From: Gammaproteobacteria bacterium
GTDB taxonomy: Bacteria > Pseudomonadota > Gammaproteobacteria > Eutrophobiales > Eutrophobiaceae
Direction: 5' to 3'
DNA length: 64,000 bases
Assembly: GCA_965243205.1 (NCBI GenBank)
Contig: CBDEUK010000002.1
Coordinates: forward strand, 704,001 to 768,000
Shown: positions 62,416-64,000 of the stretch, in pieces
Position numbering within the stretch: the first letter of the stretch is position 1
Layout: every line of letters begins with the position of its first letter
The notes under the pieces: model-generated
What the model saw: only the letters and a program-made list of their open reading frames with translations
Database searches by the model: none
What the model was told of the DNA's origin: nothing
Position numbers and translations under genes: made by a program

Positions 62416-63033
62416 CTACCAAAGACTATCTATGGCTTTATTAATAAGATCATTATCGTCTTTCTTTTTTGGTGTTTCAGTTTTTGTAGACTCAGGTTGG
62501 CTTGTTGATTTATTCGAAGAAGATGATGAGACAGTTGTCTTAATATTTTCAAAATAGGCGACATTATTAGACCGTAGAGGAACTGATGACGCGTATTTTT
62601 TTCCGTCGCTCAATGTCTGCTTAAAGTTATCAAGTTTAGCGAGCTCCTGAGGATTCGGTTGAGCCTTTTTAACATCACCTGGTCCTAGACCGCGAATACC
62701 AATAGTGGCTGATGCGTTTGATTGTTGAGAACTTGAACCCGCAATAACACGTTTTAAACGACTGAACCAACTGGTATTTGATTTAATCTGCACATCGTAG
62801 CTTCGAACCCAACCCGATTCACCACTCTCAGTTTTGACTTGATACCAACCGCCTTTTCTGGAATCAATCGTGATGCTTGAACCTTGCTTTAAAGTTGCTA
62901 CAACAGAAGATTGTAAATTTGCTGAGGAATAGAGTTTAGAATCAACACTCACTGAAGCCGTCTTAGCAGCCGCTATAGCCAGTGTCACACCAGCAATTCC
63001 CAATAAGAGAAGAAGAAATTTTACCGTACGCAT
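62416..63033 (-). CDS. Exported SH3-domain protein
   Basis: Signal peptide, GGWYQVK...GWVR, ATIGIRGL. Confidence 0.8.
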   Translation of the reverse strand: MRTVKFLLLLLGIAGVTLAIAAAKTASVSVDSKLYSSANLQSSVVATLKQGSSITIDSRKGGWYQVKTESGESGWVRSYDVQIKSNTSWFSRLKRVIAGSSSQQSNASATIGIRGLGPGDVKKAQPNPQELAKLDNFKQTLSDGKKYASSVPLRSNNVAYFENIKTTVSSSSSNKSTSQPESTKTETPKKKDDNDLINKAIDSLW

Positions 63034-63086
63034 AGCGTTCCCTTATTTCATGTATTTAATTATTAGATAATAACTTACCTAGAAGT

Positions 63087-63827
63087 TTAGTCTACTTTAG
63101 ACGCTGCTACCAAACTATCAATTTCTTTTTGTTCCAATTCCCACACATTTCCCACTCTGCGCTTGGGTTCTAAGAAATATGGCCCATAACGCACTCGGAT
63201 TAATCGACTGACCACTAATCCTTGCGATTCCCATAAACGTCTGACTTCTCGGTTTTTGCCTTCCATAAGCACCACATGATACCAATGGTTGGCTCCTTCG
63301 CCGCCAGATTCAACAATATCCGTAAATTTGGCAAATCCATCTTCTAATTCAACGCCATCACGTAGTGTTTGCAGCTGTTCATCGGTAGCAGTACCAAGAA
63401 CTCGAACTGCGTATTCGCGGTCAATCTCGCTGCTTGGATGCATTAATCGATTCGCGAGCTCGCCATCGTTTGTGAAGAGCAATAATCCAGAACTGTTGAT
63501 ATCCAAACGACCAACGCTGATCCAACGACCGCCTTGGATACGTGGTAATTTTTTGAAAACAGTAGGACGACCTTCAGGATCATTGCGTGTACATATTTCA
63601 CCTTCAGGTTTGTAATAAGCAATGACTCGAGTCTTTGAATTTTTTTCAAACCGTTGGCGTTTTAAGACTTTGCCATCGAGTTTAACAATGGTGTTATCAT
63701 CAATTTGATCGCCAAGCCCAGCTTTTTTCCCATTGATATCAATACGACCATCTTTGATCCAACGCTCAATCTCGCGTCGAGAACCAAAACCGGCACGAGC
63801 AAGAACTTTCTGAATTCTCTCGGCCAT
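63087..63827 (-). CDS. rluB: 23S rRNA pseudouridine synthase B
   Basis: [16 protein letters not shown] (S4), [25 protein letters not shown]. Confidence 0.95.
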   Translation of the reverse strand: MAERIQKVLARAGFGSRREIERWIKDGRIDINGKKAGLGDQIDDNTIVKLDGKVLKRQRFEKNSKTRVIAYYKPEGEICTRNDPEGRPTVFKKLPRIQGGRWISVGRLDINSSGLLLFTNDGELANRLMHPSSEIDREYAVRVLGTATDEQLQTLRDGVELEDGFAKFTDIVESGGEGANHWYHVVLMEGKNREVRRLWESQGLVVSRLIRVRYGPYFLEPKRRVGNVWELEQKEIDSLVAASKVD

Positions 63828-63870
63828 TGATTAGTTAAATTGAAAACTGAGCAAAATTAAATAAATAGAT

Positions 63871-64000
63871 CTAACCAGTGAATGGAATGACATTATCCGA
63901 TTCTTCTAACTCTTCAGAGTCATTTTCTTGCACTGAATCGGACTCATCAATTTCATGTGCTTGCTCTATATGAGCAACATCATTTGATTCTTCATCTGTG
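63871..64000 (-). CDS. Acidic C-terminal tail of an upstream gene, probably ScpB (partial)
   Basis: Open frame TDEESNDVAHIE...DNVIPFTG*; identity rests only on scpA-scpB-rluB synteny. Confidence 0.5.
   Translation of the reverse strand, partial: TDEESNDVAHIEQAHEIDESDSVQENDSEELEESDNVIPFTG

Noticed and set aside
482-63649. Remaining short (60-130 aa) ORFs overlapping annotated genes on the opposite strand or in alternate frames
   Set aside because: They overlap well-supported genes and show no recognisable motifs.

Overview
AT-rich chromosomal segment of a gammaproteobacterium, probably marine or aquatic (inferred from gene content and synteny). No prophage, IS element or CRISPR array was seen. 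In order: (1) a PEP-CTERM/EpsH-type exopolysaccharide export locus (ExeA-like ATPase fragment, split Wzc, outer-membrane beta-barrel, Wza); (2) a divergent, split type II secretion locus (gspCDEF converging on gspLM, no pseudopilins) with candidate Pho and Fur boxes; (3) a hopanoid operon (hpnO, one-step squalene synthase, shc, hpnG, hpnN); (4) a 600-bp convergent spacer carrying a candidate GGA-rich CsrB/Rsm-type sRNA; (5) nhaD; (6) an F7/Che2-type chemosensory cluster with two sigma28 promoters, an HsbR/HsbA-like partner switch and a 1462-aa soluble Aer2-like receptor; (7) sco-pcuAC-psd; (8) nuoA-N; (9) a ~5.2-kb accessory insert between tRNA-Leu(GAG) and nuoA (ibpA, a Lys-rich HhH protein, a candidate sRNA, Pho-box btaAB betaine-lipid genes, and two integron cassettes bounded by three attC sites with no integrase); (10) secG, tpiA, an endonuclease III-like gene lacking a canonical start codon, an M48 peptidase/SH3 pair, rluB and a probable scpB tail. 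The most unusual element is the receptor: two globin domains with Tyr in place of the proximal His, an acidic repeat linker, one BdlA-type PAS, four Aer2-type heme PAS domains, and an internal strong RBS+ATG that could yield a globin-less isoform. All assignments are by eye from motifs; no database search was run.
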